Virus record (IMG/VR): IMGVR_UViG_3300032300_000346
Location: 3,595-67,594 of that record
From: a virus
Taxonomy: Duplodnaviria > Caudoviricetes
DNA: 64,000 nucleotides
Reading direction: 5' to 3' (one strand)
Position 1 is the stretch's first letter. Each line of letters starts with the position of its first letter. The translations under genes and the position numbers were made by a program. This document shows, one piece after another, positions 47,105-56,636 of this stretch. Under the pieces are notes generated by a model that worked only from the letters and a program-made list of their open reading frames with translations, was not told the DNA's origin and did not search any database.

Positions 47105-48582
47105 TGGATTATTTTTACGATGCGCAAGTAAGGCGATATGTCACACAGTTTATGAGAATCTTTATAGGATTCAAATACAAAACTGGAGGTGATGTTCCCG
47201 AAGAGAGACACGTGCCTGTGTTGTACGGTGATATGACCAGACAGGTTGCCAGCATGATTAAAGACAACAGTGAAAACAAACTGTCAACGGTGCCTAGAAT
47301 AGCCTGTTATATCAGCGGTCTTGAGTTGGATAATTCTAGACTCAGTGACTATAGTTATGTTAGTAAACTATCTGTGAGAGAACGGCAGTATACTACTAAT
47401 CCAGCAGGCGAAAGAGAATACGGTGGTGTACAGGGCGGTGGATACACAGTAGAAAGACTCATGCCTACTCCATTCAAACTGTCTATGAAAGCAGAAATTT
47501 GGACCAGTAACACAGATCAAAAACTTCAATTGCTAGAACAGATTCTGGTTTTGTTTAATCCCAGTCTTGAAATTCAAACCACAGACAACTATGTTGACTG
47601 GACCAGCATTAGCGTGGTAGATCTCAGCAGCATCAATTTTAGTTCCAGAACCATTCCTCAGGGCTCAGAAAGTGATATTGATATCTGTACTCTAGACTTT
47701 CAAACACCTATCTGGATCAGTCCACCAGCCAAAGTTAAGAAAATGGGAATTATTAAAAACATCATCATGAATGTATTTGGAGAATCGGGTCAATTGTTGG
47801 GTCTAGAAGATCTCATATTCAATGGTGACGGTGCAACTACCCAAGTACGAAACACAGTGGATCGATTTGGTGTATTGCTGATCTTGAACAAGGCCACAGG
47901 ATTCTATGATCTCACTGTGCTAAATGTCTACGAAGCAGTGATAGCCTTGGGATTAGATGAGACTCTGTACAAAGGCAATCAACAAAGATTAGATTGGTAC
48001 AAGGTATTAGAGCTTCACGGCGGGTATACAGGTACTAGTAGAATACATTTTACACAGCCCAGTGGTTATGAAGTCACAGGAACATTCACAGTAAATGAAA
48101 TTGACCCCACATATCTAGTGATAGATCTTGATATGGACACAGTCCCTACTAATACATTATTACCGGTGACTGCTATCGTTGATCCCTACAAGTTTAGCCC
48201 TATTGAAAAATTTGGAAGTATTGCCGCAATTCCTGTAGGCACAAGATATCTAGTATTAGACGATGTCAATAACAGTGCCAATGTAGGACAGCACGTGGAA
48301 AATGCGGGCTGGAACAACTTTGATTCTGGATCAACTGCCTACGACGGCCCAGATGCATGGAAAGATCTCATAGGTAATGACACTGTGATTAAGGCCAATT
48401 CTATAATTCAATGGACCGGTACTGTATGGCAAGAAACGTTTGACCCTAGTATAGTGACAACTATTCAGTATTTCACCAACTTGACCACAGGTGTGCAATA
48501 CAAGTGGGACGGCACACAATGGTTACGATCATTTGAGGGCGAATACGCTGCCGGATATTGGAGATTTGATCTAGACGCTTGA
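47104..48582 (+). CDS. gp15: tail terminator / sheath stabiliser (gp15-like)
   Basis: YFYD.Q.RRY..QF..IF...VP..YG...R; P.PF.L.....IW....DQ.LQ.LEQIL..F.P. Confidence 0.85.
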   Translation: MDYFYDAQVRRYVTQFMRIFIGFKYKTGGDVPEERHVPVLYGDMTRQVASMIKDNSENKLSTVPRIACYISGLELDNSRLSDYSYVSKLSVRERQYTTNPAGEREYGGVQGGGYTVERLMPTPFKLSMKAEIWTSNTDQKLQLLEQILVLFNPSLEIQTTDNYVDWTSISVVDLSSINFSSRTIPQGSESDIDICTLDFQTPIWISPPAKVKKMGIIKNIIMNVFGESGQLLGLEDLIFNGDGATTQVRNTVDRFGVLLILNKATGFYDLTVLNVYEAVIALGLDETLYKGNQQRLDWYKVLELHGGYTGTSRIHFTQPSGYEVTGTFTVNEIDPTYLVIDLDMDTVPTNTLLPVTAIVDPYKFSPIEKFGSIAAIPVGTRYLVLDDVNNSANVGQHVENAGWNNFDSGSTAYDGPDAWKDLIGNDTVIKANSIIQWTGTVWQETFDPSIVTTIQYFTNLTTGVQYKWDGTQWLRSFEGEYAAGYWRFDLDA

Positions 48583-48593
48583 TAAGTATCTAG

Positions 48594-48992
48594 ATGCAAC
48601 AACGTGCCGGTCTACTGTTTCTAAGTAAAAACACCAAAAGAATTCTTCTTATTTTAGAAGACGCCAAATGGACTGTGCCTACATTTGTGAGAAACAGCAG
48701 TCTATTAGAAGATGCTGAGCCGTTGTTAAATAATTTTTCAGTGGGTAAAATTTTACCCATAGAATTGTATCTCAGTGAGGATCGTGGATTTGAATACGGC
48801 ACATATATCTGTCTAGTTGATGATGAATTTCTCACAACATCATCTGCTACTATATGTTGGGCTGCGTTGAATCACTTGCCTAAACAATTGCACACAGGTT
48901 TAAAAAACACACTGAGTAATACCATAATTCGTACAAAAATTGAAACTATATTGGAGTTAGAAAATGTCAAGCATACTGCAAAAATCTACTAG
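48594..48992 (+). CDS. Nudix-fold-like protein with eroded Nudix box
   Basis: AGLLF...RILLI...W...F..Y.C.V..EF...W...LP..LH.GL layout, but no GGx5-6Ex7REUxEE. Confidence 0.5.
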   Translation: MQQRAGLLFLSKNTKRILLILEDAKWTVPTFVRNSSLLEDAEPLLNNFSVGKILPIELYLSEDRGFEYGTYICLVDDEFLTTSSATICWAALNHLPKQLHTGLKNTLSNTIIRTKIETILELENVKHTAKIY

Positions 48993-49242
48993 ATTTATCA
49001 AAGACTGTGAAAGATATGAATCAGTGATAGCCACCATGCCAGAGGGCAATGTAAAAAATGAAACTGTGCAATTGTTGCAAAAGTTATCTTATAGCATTAA
49101 AAAACTTGATAACATGCATCTAGAAATGATATACTCTAGACAGTTGCCAACTATGGGCAATGAGATGAAACAAGAAATATCAGATTTACGAAAAAAATTA
49201 GAAACTAGAATTAGAGACTGGTCGCAGACTCAGAAAAATTAA
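48964..49242 (+). CDS. hypothetical protein (92 aa)
   Basis: Helical ORF; 4-nt convergent overlap with next gene. Confidence 0.55.
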   Translation: MSSILQKSTRFIKDCERYESVIATMPEGNVKNETVQLLQKLSYSIKKLDNMHLEMIYSRQLPTMGNEMKQEISDLRKKLETRIRDWSQTQKN

Positions 49243-50060
49243 ATACTAATAAAGTTTTTAACTACAATAGTACCTACCATAGCAGCATGAACGCTACACT
49301 GATATCTGTAGTTGCCGGAAATATCACTTGGGATTTTCCAATACAGTGTACCAGATGTTTGTCCTTGAGCTGCTGATTCTATAGTCACCGTGCCTCCTGT
49401 AGTAACGTGAATCAATCCAGTGTTGTAATTTGTGCCTGCATTATTCTGTATCAAGAAAGGATGACCAATTACATTGAGATTAAAAGCTATAGTAGTACCA
49501 TTTATTGCATATATTGTAGGGTCGTCACCACCGTATTGATCAAATCTGTACGCACTGGCGCCGTTATTGGTTACATTTAGTCTTGTAATTGCTGGTAGAT
49601 AAAATTGGTCAATGGTAAGGTCTGCACGATCACTCAGCCCAGTAAACACTGTAGCGCCTGCCGATGCAGTACTAGTGATTGTCACAGTATCTGTAGCAGC
49701 ATTAGTTGTAAGTGTTATACCTGTACCAGCCACTAGTGTTAGCGTATCTGAGGACGAATCCGCTACCACTGAACTTTGACCAGCTATCGCTATAGTTGCA
49801 AAACTATCAGATGCTGCGCCACCTCCAGCAACTGTAGCCCATGTGTTGTCGCCTCTTAGATATGTAGTAGCATCTCTTGTGCCTGCTGTGCCTAACCTTA
49901 AGACCGGAACAGTGCCGCTGCTTAAATTTGTAGCATTTAAGGCGGTAAGATCTGGGCTGCCGCTAATGACATTCCAAGCAGTGCCGTTATAACGCCACGA
50001 TTTTTGATCAACGGTGTAGACTTCATCGAGTGTTGGACTGTTAGGAAAATTTATAGGCAT
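49239..50060 (-). CDS. fibre-like virion protein with C-terminal cupredoxin (type-1 copper) domain
   Basis: MPINFP.SP...W.YNG.AW fibre motif; GHPF...YQCSVHAAMVG gives H-C-H-M ligand set. Confidence 0.75.
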   Translation of the reverse strand: MPINFPNSPTLDEVYTVDQKSWRYNGTAWNVISGSPDLTALNATNLSSGTVPVLRLGTAGTRDATTYLRGDNTWATVAGGGAASDSFATIAIAGQSSVVADSSSDTLTLVAGTGITLTTNAATDTVTITSTASAGATVFTGLSDRADLTIDQFYLPAITRLNVTNNGASAYRFDQYGGDDPTIYAINGTTIAFNLNVIGHPFLIQNNAGTNYNTGLIHVTTGGTVTIESAAQGQTSGTLYWKIPSDISGNYRYQCSVHAAMVGTIVVKNFISI

Positions 50061-50084
50061 TTTTTAATCTCTTTAAAATATTTA

Positions 50085-52112
50085 TCAACGACCCAATCTC
50101 AGTTTTAGACCACTGGTAATATTGAGATTGGAAAGAATTTTTCTTGACCCTATCCTAAATCTAGCATCGAATGGTCCTTGATAAAGCACTCGAGCATCGC
50201 CGCCTTCGAGACTTTCATAGTCCAGCCAATTGGCTGTATTAGTAGTAGTTGATTCTGTACCAAAATAAAAATCGGCAGCGTCTTGTGTTTCTAAAGATTG
50301 CAGCCATGCTTTGACTTCTACCCAGGTCCAATCTCTATTCCACTCTAACACAGTGGCTATAAGTCCTGTGGCCACAGGGCAGGCAGCACTAGTTCCACTA
50401 AAAGCAGCATCGGTAGCATTTCCAGAATTGTAGCTTAGAGCAGCGTAAGTGTCGGGTCTTGGCCAATTTGTGCCATAGCCTCTATTAGCTGCCAACGTGC
50501 CATCTGCAGGAGCATATACGTCTATGCTGTTTCCCCTATCGCTGTAAGAAACTTTGGCTTCTTTTGAAGTTTTATAATCATCATCCAATGCACCTATATT
50601 GATCACAGGATAAATCACTGTGCCGTTGACATCGGTGTATTTGCCGCCTGCTTGAGGGAATCCTCTTCTATTTGTTGTGCCAAATACTGCAACGCCAAAT
50701 TCAGTAAACGTAGAATCGGCCAGGCTTCCGCCATTAGTAGTGGTAATAAAATTGTTAAAGTCTGGATGACTGCTATTCACTTGTTTTTGATTGCTGTTGC
50801 CGGAAGCTGCAACAAAAATTACTCCAGCAGCAATCAATTCATCTTGTGCTGTAGTCAATGAATTTGTTTTCATTTCACTTTTCCAACGGCCGCTATCGCC
50901 CTGTGTGCCCATATGACTCAGCCAATTTATCCCTACTTCAGTAGTATAGGCAGTGTTACTTGTTGATCTATGAGTGTAATAATAAGTTGATCCGCCGGGA
51001 TCTTTGTTGGCTCGATAGCCCCAGCTATTGCTTGTTATTGTGGGATTTCTAGTATTAAAAAGAGGGTTTACTGGCTTTACTGTATGGAATATTTTCATCA
51101 GATCGAACCCCTCTTCTATGCCTATCCCTAAGCCTCCGTATAGATCTAATACCCATTTATTGGAATTATAAGCCCAGCCTTGTGTCCTACCAAAGGTCAG
51201 AGCAGCACAACATGTGCCGTGATCGCCTTCGTTAGATAATGCAGCATTAGTACCATTGCAGTTTGCTCTAGTATAATTAGAAGTAACACTCACTGTTCCT
51301 GCATTCGCAAACTGTGTGCTGCGTTGGGAACTGGTTGACCACCATGATCTTGCCACTGATTCCACAGGAACCGTGGTGCCGTCCCATCTAGTGATTAATC
51401 TTGACGCGGCATTAGCATTGAACCAATCTGGATCTATGTAATATGGAGCATCTAGAACTAGATCTAATAAATCACAGGTGCCGTTGCCTGGAAGTAAATT
51501 ACCTCCGACATAGCCACTGGGCTTTGGCACAGCTTCAAACGGACTAGAATCGGACAAACTATTACTTTGAAATTCTGGGTGCCCAATCCAGGTGCCGTCA
51601 TCCGCAACTATGACATCTATGTTCTTGCCCGTGCCGTATTGTGGAATGTTGATATTGACCACTGCATTGTCTGCTAGTGCAGCATCTACCCAGGGATCTA
51701 ATTTTTGTATGCATCTATAAAGCTGATATCCGGTTCTGTTGACGTCTGACGTATCAGGAGTGGGGGGCAACGTGTCAGAAACAGAAAATTCTCTGTAATT
51801 TTTCACCGAATCTGTATATCTGTTTACTAAATCTGGTCTTACTGAATGCAGTTCGTCGGGCGGTGGTTTGAATTCAGCGTAGCGTTTATAATCTATGTTA
51901 ATGAATTTTATTCTTGGATCAGTTTTTAACTGTTCTGCTTCTGCGTCAGTGAGAAGATACGTGCCTCGAGTTAAACTGTGCAGTTGATCATCTACGCATT
52001 CAATTCCTCGAGAAGGAACAGATTGACTAACATGCCCCGTCGAAATTAGTTCAGCATTTAGCTCGTCCCATTCTGCTTCAGTATGAGTTGCTAATTGATA
52101 ATACTTTTCCAT
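50085..52112 (-). CDS. subtilase (peptidase S8) with propeptide-like N-terminus
   Basis: Catalytic triad DVIVADDG, HGTCCA, FSGTSAACP; oxyanion AASGN. Confidence 0.9.
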   Translation of the reverse strand: MEKYYQLATHTEAEWDELNAELISTGHVSQSVPSRGIECVDDQLHSLTRGTYLLTDAEAEQLKTDPRIKFINIDYKRYAEFKPPPDELHSVRPDLVNRYTDSVKNYREFSVSDTLPPTPDTSDVNRTGYQLYRCIQKLDPWVDAALADNAVVNINIPQYGTGKNIDVIVADDGTWIGHPEFQSNSLSDSSPFEAVPKPSGYVGGNLLPGNGTCDLLDLVLDAPYYIDPDWFNANAASRLITRWDGTTVPVESVARSWWSTSSQRSTQFANAGTVSVTSNYTRANCNGTNAALSNEGDHGTCCAALTFGRTQGWAYNSNKWVLDLYGGLGIGIEEGFDLMKIFHTVKPVNPLFNTRNPTITSNSWGYRANKDPGGSTYYYTHRSTSNTAYTTEVGINWLSHMGTQGDSGRWKSEMKTNSLTTAQDELIAAGVIFVAASGNSNQKQVNSSHPDFNNFITTTNGGSLADSTFTEFGVAVFGTTNRRGFPQAGGKYTDVNGTVIYPVINIGALDDDYKTSKEAKVSYSDRGNSIDVYAPADGTLAANRGYGTNWPRPDTYAALSYNSGNATDAAFSGTSAACPVATGLIATVLEWNRDWTWVEVKAWLQSLETQDAADFYFGTESTTTNTANWLDYESLEGGDARVLYQGPFDARFRIGSRKILSNLNITSGLKLRLGR

Positions 52113-52115
52113 AGA

Positions 52116-53162
52116 TTAATGCAGATCTACCCAAACACCTGCTGCTCGAACTTGTAGCTTATTGGTAGTTGTGTTATAGATAACATCGCCGTTGGCTGCT
52201 ATCAAAAGATCTCTTTCCCCAGATGTAAAAGACGCCATTTTCAAAGGGCTTGCAGTTATTTCTACACGGGTACCAGCTGTTAATTGTATTTCACTGTCTG
52301 AAAATAATTCAGGAATACCAGATCCCTGACTTGAAAAATTGCCAGTTAGTACAATGTCTTTTACAGTTAATTGATTATTCACTGACAAATTCAATGCAAC
52401 ATCAACACTGTTATCTATCACAAGATTATTTTGCACAGTGACATCAGATTCAAAAATCACCGCGGGCGTAAATATTATAGCGGAAGAATCCGAAGAGTCT
52501 ATAGTGGTAACAGCAAAGGTAATATTGCCTGTAGAACCACCACCAATGATTGTGATGTTGCCCGAGCCATCGGAGGTTGTAGTAATGCCGCCGGCTCCAG
52601 AGAATCGAACTATACTGCCTGATGTAACTGGGTTTAATGTAGAGTCGTCTGCTTCTACATTTAATACAAATGTTGCGGCCGATACAGCTGAATTAACAAA
52701 TGCTGTAGTGGCTAATCCTGCTGTGGCAGGCAGTGCTGCTACTGTGGAATTTACATAAGATATTGTGGCTAAATTTGTAATATCAGGATACGGAGATACT
52801 GGTTGGATCCATTGACTGCTGGATCCGTCGTTAAAGTAAACATATAGTATACCAGTATTAGTGTCTAACCACAAATTTCCGCTAGAAGGAGATACAGGTA
52901 CACTGCTACCTACTGAAACTGTGGTATTTCCACCACCACTTACTCCTGCTAAATTAGCTTTGGAAAGAAAGTCTGAGTTAGTAACGTTAGTTAAATCTGC
53001 TTTTGCTAAACTTACGCCGCCGACTGTCGATCCGTTGTAAATTCTAAGAGTGTTAACTGTTTGATCGTAAAAAACTTCGCCCCTCGATCCTGAATTTCTA
53101 TTTAAAAATCCAGAATCTCTAGGAATTATTCTTACTGCATCGAATACGGGTATTTTGGCCAT
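52116..53162 (-). CDS. tail-fibre-like virion protein
   Basis: Repeated GEVFYDQT/GNLWLDTNT/GDVIYNTT motifs, Ser/Thr/Gly-rich; late-type motif at 53168-53175. Confidence 0.65.
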   Translation of the reverse strand: MAKIPVFDAVRIIPRDSGFLNRNSGSRGEVFYDQTVNTLRIYNGSTVGGVSLAKADLTNVTNSDFLSKANLAGVSGGGNTTVSVGSSVPVSPSSGNLWLDTNTGILYVYFNDGSSSQWIQPVSPYPDITNLATISYVNSTVAALPATAGLATTAFVNSAVSAATFVLNVEADDSTLNPVTSGSIVRFSGAGGITTTSDGSGNITIIGGGSTGNITFAVTTIDSSDSSAIIFTPAVIFESDVTVQNNLVIDNSVDVALNLSVNNQLTVKDIVLTGNFSSQGSGIPELFSDSEIQLTAGTRVEITASPLKMASFTSGERDLLIAANGDVIYNTTTNKLQVRAAGVWVDLH

Positions 53163-53174
53163 ACTATTATTTAT

Positions 53175-54044
53175 TTAAATGTAACGCATGTTTGATAGAT
53201 ACTTTATGTATTTTTCAATGCCTGCATTAATTTGAATAAAATTTTCAACATTTACTCCTGAACTGATTAGTAAATTAGTATCAGCAAGGGTGTTAATTTG
53301 ATACTGATTTTTAAGATCAGCTGGCATATCTATGAATTTTTTTGTTCCTGACCCTGTATGATCTATTATTGTATCCGCAATAGTTTCAAAATCTACCCTA
53401 TTACCAGAGCCTAAATCATAAATTCCGGGTTGATAATTGTTATACATAAAATGGTATATGGTCTTTGCCACGTCCTCTACCCATATAAAATCTCTAAAAT
53501 AATTCTTACTGTTTTCAAATATTTTTATTTCTCCAGTCTTGTTGAGTTGATCAAACCAGTGTAGAATTGAAGAAGCCATTCTGCCCTTGTGATATTCATT
53601 GGGTCCGTATACATTAAACAGTCGAAGAATAACTCCGTCTATTTCATTCTCGCTGAGTAGTTTGCTAAACGCATATTGATTCATCGGGCCTTGGCCGTTA
53701 CCGTATACTGCTGCACTTGAAGTAAAAATAAAAGGTATGTCACGTTCTTTACAAAATATATTCCACTTTCTTGTTGATTTAATATTTGAGGCATAAATTG
53801 AACTCCAATTTTTTTCTAAAGTGTTCGAATTAGCACCAATATGTATTACTCCGGTGATATTTTCATTAATAAAGTCAACATCATCTATCGATAACAGCCT
53901 TTTATACTGTTTACCGATTAAATTTTTATATTGATTTTCATAAGGCAAATCATCAACTATAAGAATATCAGTTATTTGTTGAGAGTTTAAATATCCCAAC
54001 ACCACGCTGCCAATAAAGCCACCCGCACCTGTTAATACTATCAT
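53175..54044 (-). CDS. hldD: ADP-L-glycero-D-manno-heptose 6-epimerase
   Basis: TGAGGFIGS, TSSAAVYG, YAFSK, LFNVYGPNEYHKGRMAS, RDFIWV.D; start at ATG 54044 (ATGA overlap). Confidence 0.88.
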   Translation of the reverse strand: MIVLTGAGGFIGSVVLGYLNSQQITDILIVDDLPYENQYKNLIGKQYKRLLSIDDVDFINENITGVIHIGANSNTLEKNWSSIYASNIKSTRKWNIFCKERDIPFIFTSSAAVYGNGQGPMNQYAFSKLLSENEIDGVILRLFNVYGPNEYHKGRMASSILHWFDQLNKTGEIKIFENSKNYFRDFIWVEDVAKTIYHFMYNNYQPGIYDLGSGNRVDFETIADTIIDHTGSGTKKFIDMPADLKNQYQINTLADTNLLISSGVNVENFIQINAGIEKYIKYLSNMRYI

Positions 54045-54799
54045 AAAATTTCTTCTAATGTCGGAGCATAGCATCCAACGTGTTGAACTGTAACAGCGGC
54101 AGCTTGGTTGGCAAAATCCATTGCTCTTGTTATATTTTTAGTGTGTAGGTAATTGTAGGCTAGTGCAGCAAGAAAAGTATCTCCTGCACCTGTAACGTCT
54201 ACTACCTCTACTTTTGGTGCCTTGGAACTATACTGCTGATGTATAGCATCTGCACCACTAGGACCACGTGTAACAATAAGTCCACTGCATTCACTTTTAA
54301 TTTTGCTATACTCTAGTTCATTAATTTTAACCCATGCTCCTTGAAAACGATCTAAGTCTGTTTTCTTTGTATCTACAAATACAGGAATTTTGGTTTTAAT
54401 TAATTGTTCTATTAGCTCATAGCTAACGGTTCCTTTATTGTAATCACTAATTACAATAGCATCGTAGTTGTCTAAATTGTAGTTAATTGTTGCCGATGTA
54501 GAGATTACATCATTGTCAATTCTTACAATCTGTTGTTTACTTCTAATATCAATTAATCTAGTCTTTGTACTGTTTTCTCCGTATACAGAATAAACTTTGC
54601 ACCCTAGGGTTACTAGATTATTACAGACATTTCCGGCCATGCCGGGTCTGCTTTCTTCGTGACTAAATTTAAATACAGGAACTGGAGCTTCGGGACTAAT
54701 ACGATCAACAGTACCATATTGATATATGTCTGTACAATTATCCCCTATGAGTAATATCTTGTATTGCTTTGGTTGTTGAGTATGGTTCAACTCTGTCAT
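54041..54799 (-). CDS. hldE: heptose-7-phosphate kinase (HldE/RfaE domain I, PfkB family)
   Basis: LIGD..D.Y.YG.VDRISPEAPVPV, GMAGNV, KTR, SDYNKG, DVTGAGDTFLA. Confidence 0.9.
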   Translation of the reverse strand: MTELNHTQQPKQYKILLIGDNCTDIYQYGTVDRISPEAPVPVFKFSHEESRPGMAGNVCNNLVTLGCKVYSVYGENSTKTRLIDIRSKQQIVRIDNDVISTSATINYNLDNYDAIVISDYNKGTVSYELIEQLIKTKIPVFVDTKKTDLDRFQGAWVKINELEYSKIKSECSGLIVTRGPSGADAIHQQYSSKAPKVEVVDVTGAGDTFLAALAYNYLHTKNITRAMDFANQAAAVTVQHVGCYAPTLEEIL

Positions 54800-55142
54800 A
54801 AAATTTTATCTCTTTACAATATTCTGCACCTATTATAGGTCTGTCCCGATAGTCACTGCCTTTGACCATTACATCAGGTTTAAAATCTTTGATTAGATCT
54901 ACGAGTTCTTGATCAGTGTTAAAAATTTCTACTCGATCTACAAATTTCAATGCCGATAATAAATTTAAACGATCGTATTGTGAATTTATCGGACGATTAT
55001 TATCTTTCAACTGTTTTACTCTGATATCACTATCTATAGCTACAAGAACAAACGAATTAGGATAACACCTTGCATATTCTAAAAGTTTTATATGTCCTAA
55101 GTGAACGATATCAAACGTTCCGTTTACAAAAATCTTAGTCAT
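54738..55142 (-). CDS. hldE: heptose-1-phosphate adenylyltransferase (HldE/RfaE domain II)
   Basis: NGTFDIVHLGH, AIDSD..V..LK...RPIN, VKGSDY, YSTT. Confidence 0.88.
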   Translation of the reverse strand: MTKIFVNGTFDIVHLGHIKLLEYARCYPNSFVLVAIDSDIRVKQLKDNNRPINSQYDRLNLLSALKFVDRVEIFNTDQELVDLIKDFKPDVMVKGSDYRDRPIIGAEYCKEIKFYDRVEPYSTTKAIQDITHRG

Positions 55143-55620
55143 TTAATAATATATTTCGAATTTCTTCAAAGTTGTTTTTGTATAGTAAACCAATACCACC
55201 AACACTATTCCATTCGTGAATATTGCTGGTACGATCATCGATTAAAATATCGCCGGGCATACAGTGTGTGTGTTTGTCTTTGCTATACGGACCAAACATA
55301 ACAGGAATATCTGAGTAGTGTTCTTGTATCCATAATACTTTATCATAAAAAGCCCACGAAACGTCATTAGCTTTAGGAACCGCAGTCAAAAACAACAGTT
55401 GATATTTGTTCTTTTTGCAATATGTTTTACAAAACTCTACAATTATATCGGCTTCTTTTGTTTTTTTTAAATTTCTATAAAGTCTAGGATTTTCTTTTAA
55501 TACATTCCAATCCTCGTCATCCCATCGATCGTGAACAATCTGTTGTTTATTTAAAATTTCGCTAGCATAACCGTTAAAGTCTGCTACAACACCGTCCATG
55601 TCTAAGTACAAAGTTGTCAT
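55135..55620 (-). CDS. HAD phosphatase, 5'(3')-deoxyribonucleotidase-like
   Basis: YLDMDGV.ADF, FLTA.P, K..W, ILIDDR..N..EW...GG.G. Confidence 0.82.
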   Translation of the reverse strand: MTTLYLDMDGVVADFNGYASEILNKQQIVHDRWDDEDWNVLKENPRLYRNLKKTKEADIIVEFCKTYCKKNKYQLLFLTAVPKANDVSWAFYDKVLWIQEHYSDIPVMFGPYSKDKHTHCMPGDILIDDRTSNIHEWNSVGGIGLLYKNNFEEIRNILLND

Positions 55621-55979
55621 TGTTGACTGTCTCCTGGAAATATTCTAAAATTATCTTCAACTGAATCTGGCGTACTGACTTCAAAAATACTAGAATTTTC
55701 TTCTAAAGATTCTACCTGATGGGGTAACATAGGCGGGTTATGCCATATGTCGCCTTGCTTTAGTATTTGTTCGGTTACATTTGTTGTGTTAGTATCTAAT
55801 ATTCTTAATTTAAAACTACCAGAATTAATAAACCAAGTTTCGTCTTTTTCTTTGTGAAGGTGCATAGAAAACTTTGATCCAACTTTTTCAAATACCATTA
55901 TTTTTCCGCAATATTTGTCAGTAGTTGCCCAGATTAATTCGTGGCCCCAACCTTTCTTAACAAATCCCGTTAGTCTCAT
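55617..55979 (-). CDS. cupin-fold sugar isomerase-like protein
   Basis: KGWGHELIW, SMHLHKEKDETW, PPMLPHQ, EVSTPD..ED..R. Confidence 0.82.
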   Translation of the reverse strand: MRLTGFVKKGWGHELIWATTDKYCGKIMVFEKVGSKFSMHLHKEKDETWFINSGSFKLRILDTNTTNVTEQILKQGDIWHNPPMLPHQVESLEENSSIFEVSTPDSVEDNFRIFPGDSQQ

Positions 55980-55997
55980 TTTATTGCCTGTATCCTA

Positions 55998-56627
55998 TTA
56001 ACTATCAATAGTTTCTACTCTTAAATTTCCTGATATAGAAATCCTATAATCGTCCGACGAATAAAACGGATAAACAGTGTGCATCATTTTTGCAGGAAAC
56101 AATATCATTCGACGTTCATACGACTGATCGGTTGGAATGCACCACGGTGCAATCTGTCCTAATGCGTCTGTATAATGAAAGAGAAAACTACCCGGAACTC
56201 GAAAATGTTCCGGGACGTGTGAAGTATATTTTTTTTCTTCTTCTATAGTATAAGGAATTTTTACATATATTACAAAACTAAAATCGCCAGAATGATTATG
56301 TAATGGATTGAACTCATGTTTTTTTTGAAAGTTGATCCAGACGTCGTCCATTGACAATTTAGATTTTTCAGGAATTTTAAATGATGGATATACTATTTGG
56401 TATCTCGATGACATTTGTATTGCTAAAGTTTCAATAAGGACATGAGTTTTTTTTATCAAATATTCGTGTTTAATATGCCCAATTAATGTATCATTCATGG
56501 GCTGTGCTTGACTAAAGTTTTCTTGTATTTCCAATGCTTCTTCTAAGATTGGTAAAAATTCGTCATCCGATAAATCACATCCCATAAAACCTACATTAGG
56601 GAAATTGCAGTGATAGATATTATTCAT
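55998..56627 (-). CDS. putative 2OG-Fe(II) oxygenase
   Basis: WINFQ...FNPLHNH.G.FSFVIY...LFPA.M.H.VYPF...RISISGN. Confidence 0.8.
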   Translation of the reverse strand: MNNIYHCNFPNVGFMGCDLSDDEFLPILEEALEIQENFSQAQPMNDTLIGHIKHEYLIKKTHVLIETLAIQMSSRYQIVYPSFKIPEKSKLSMDDVWINFQKKHEFNPLHNHSGDFSFVIYVKIPYTIEEEKKYTSHVPEHFRVPGSFLFHYTDALGQIAPWCIPTDQSYERRMILFPAKMMHTVYPFYSSDDYRISISGNLRVETIDS

Positions 56628-56636
56628 ATATATTTC

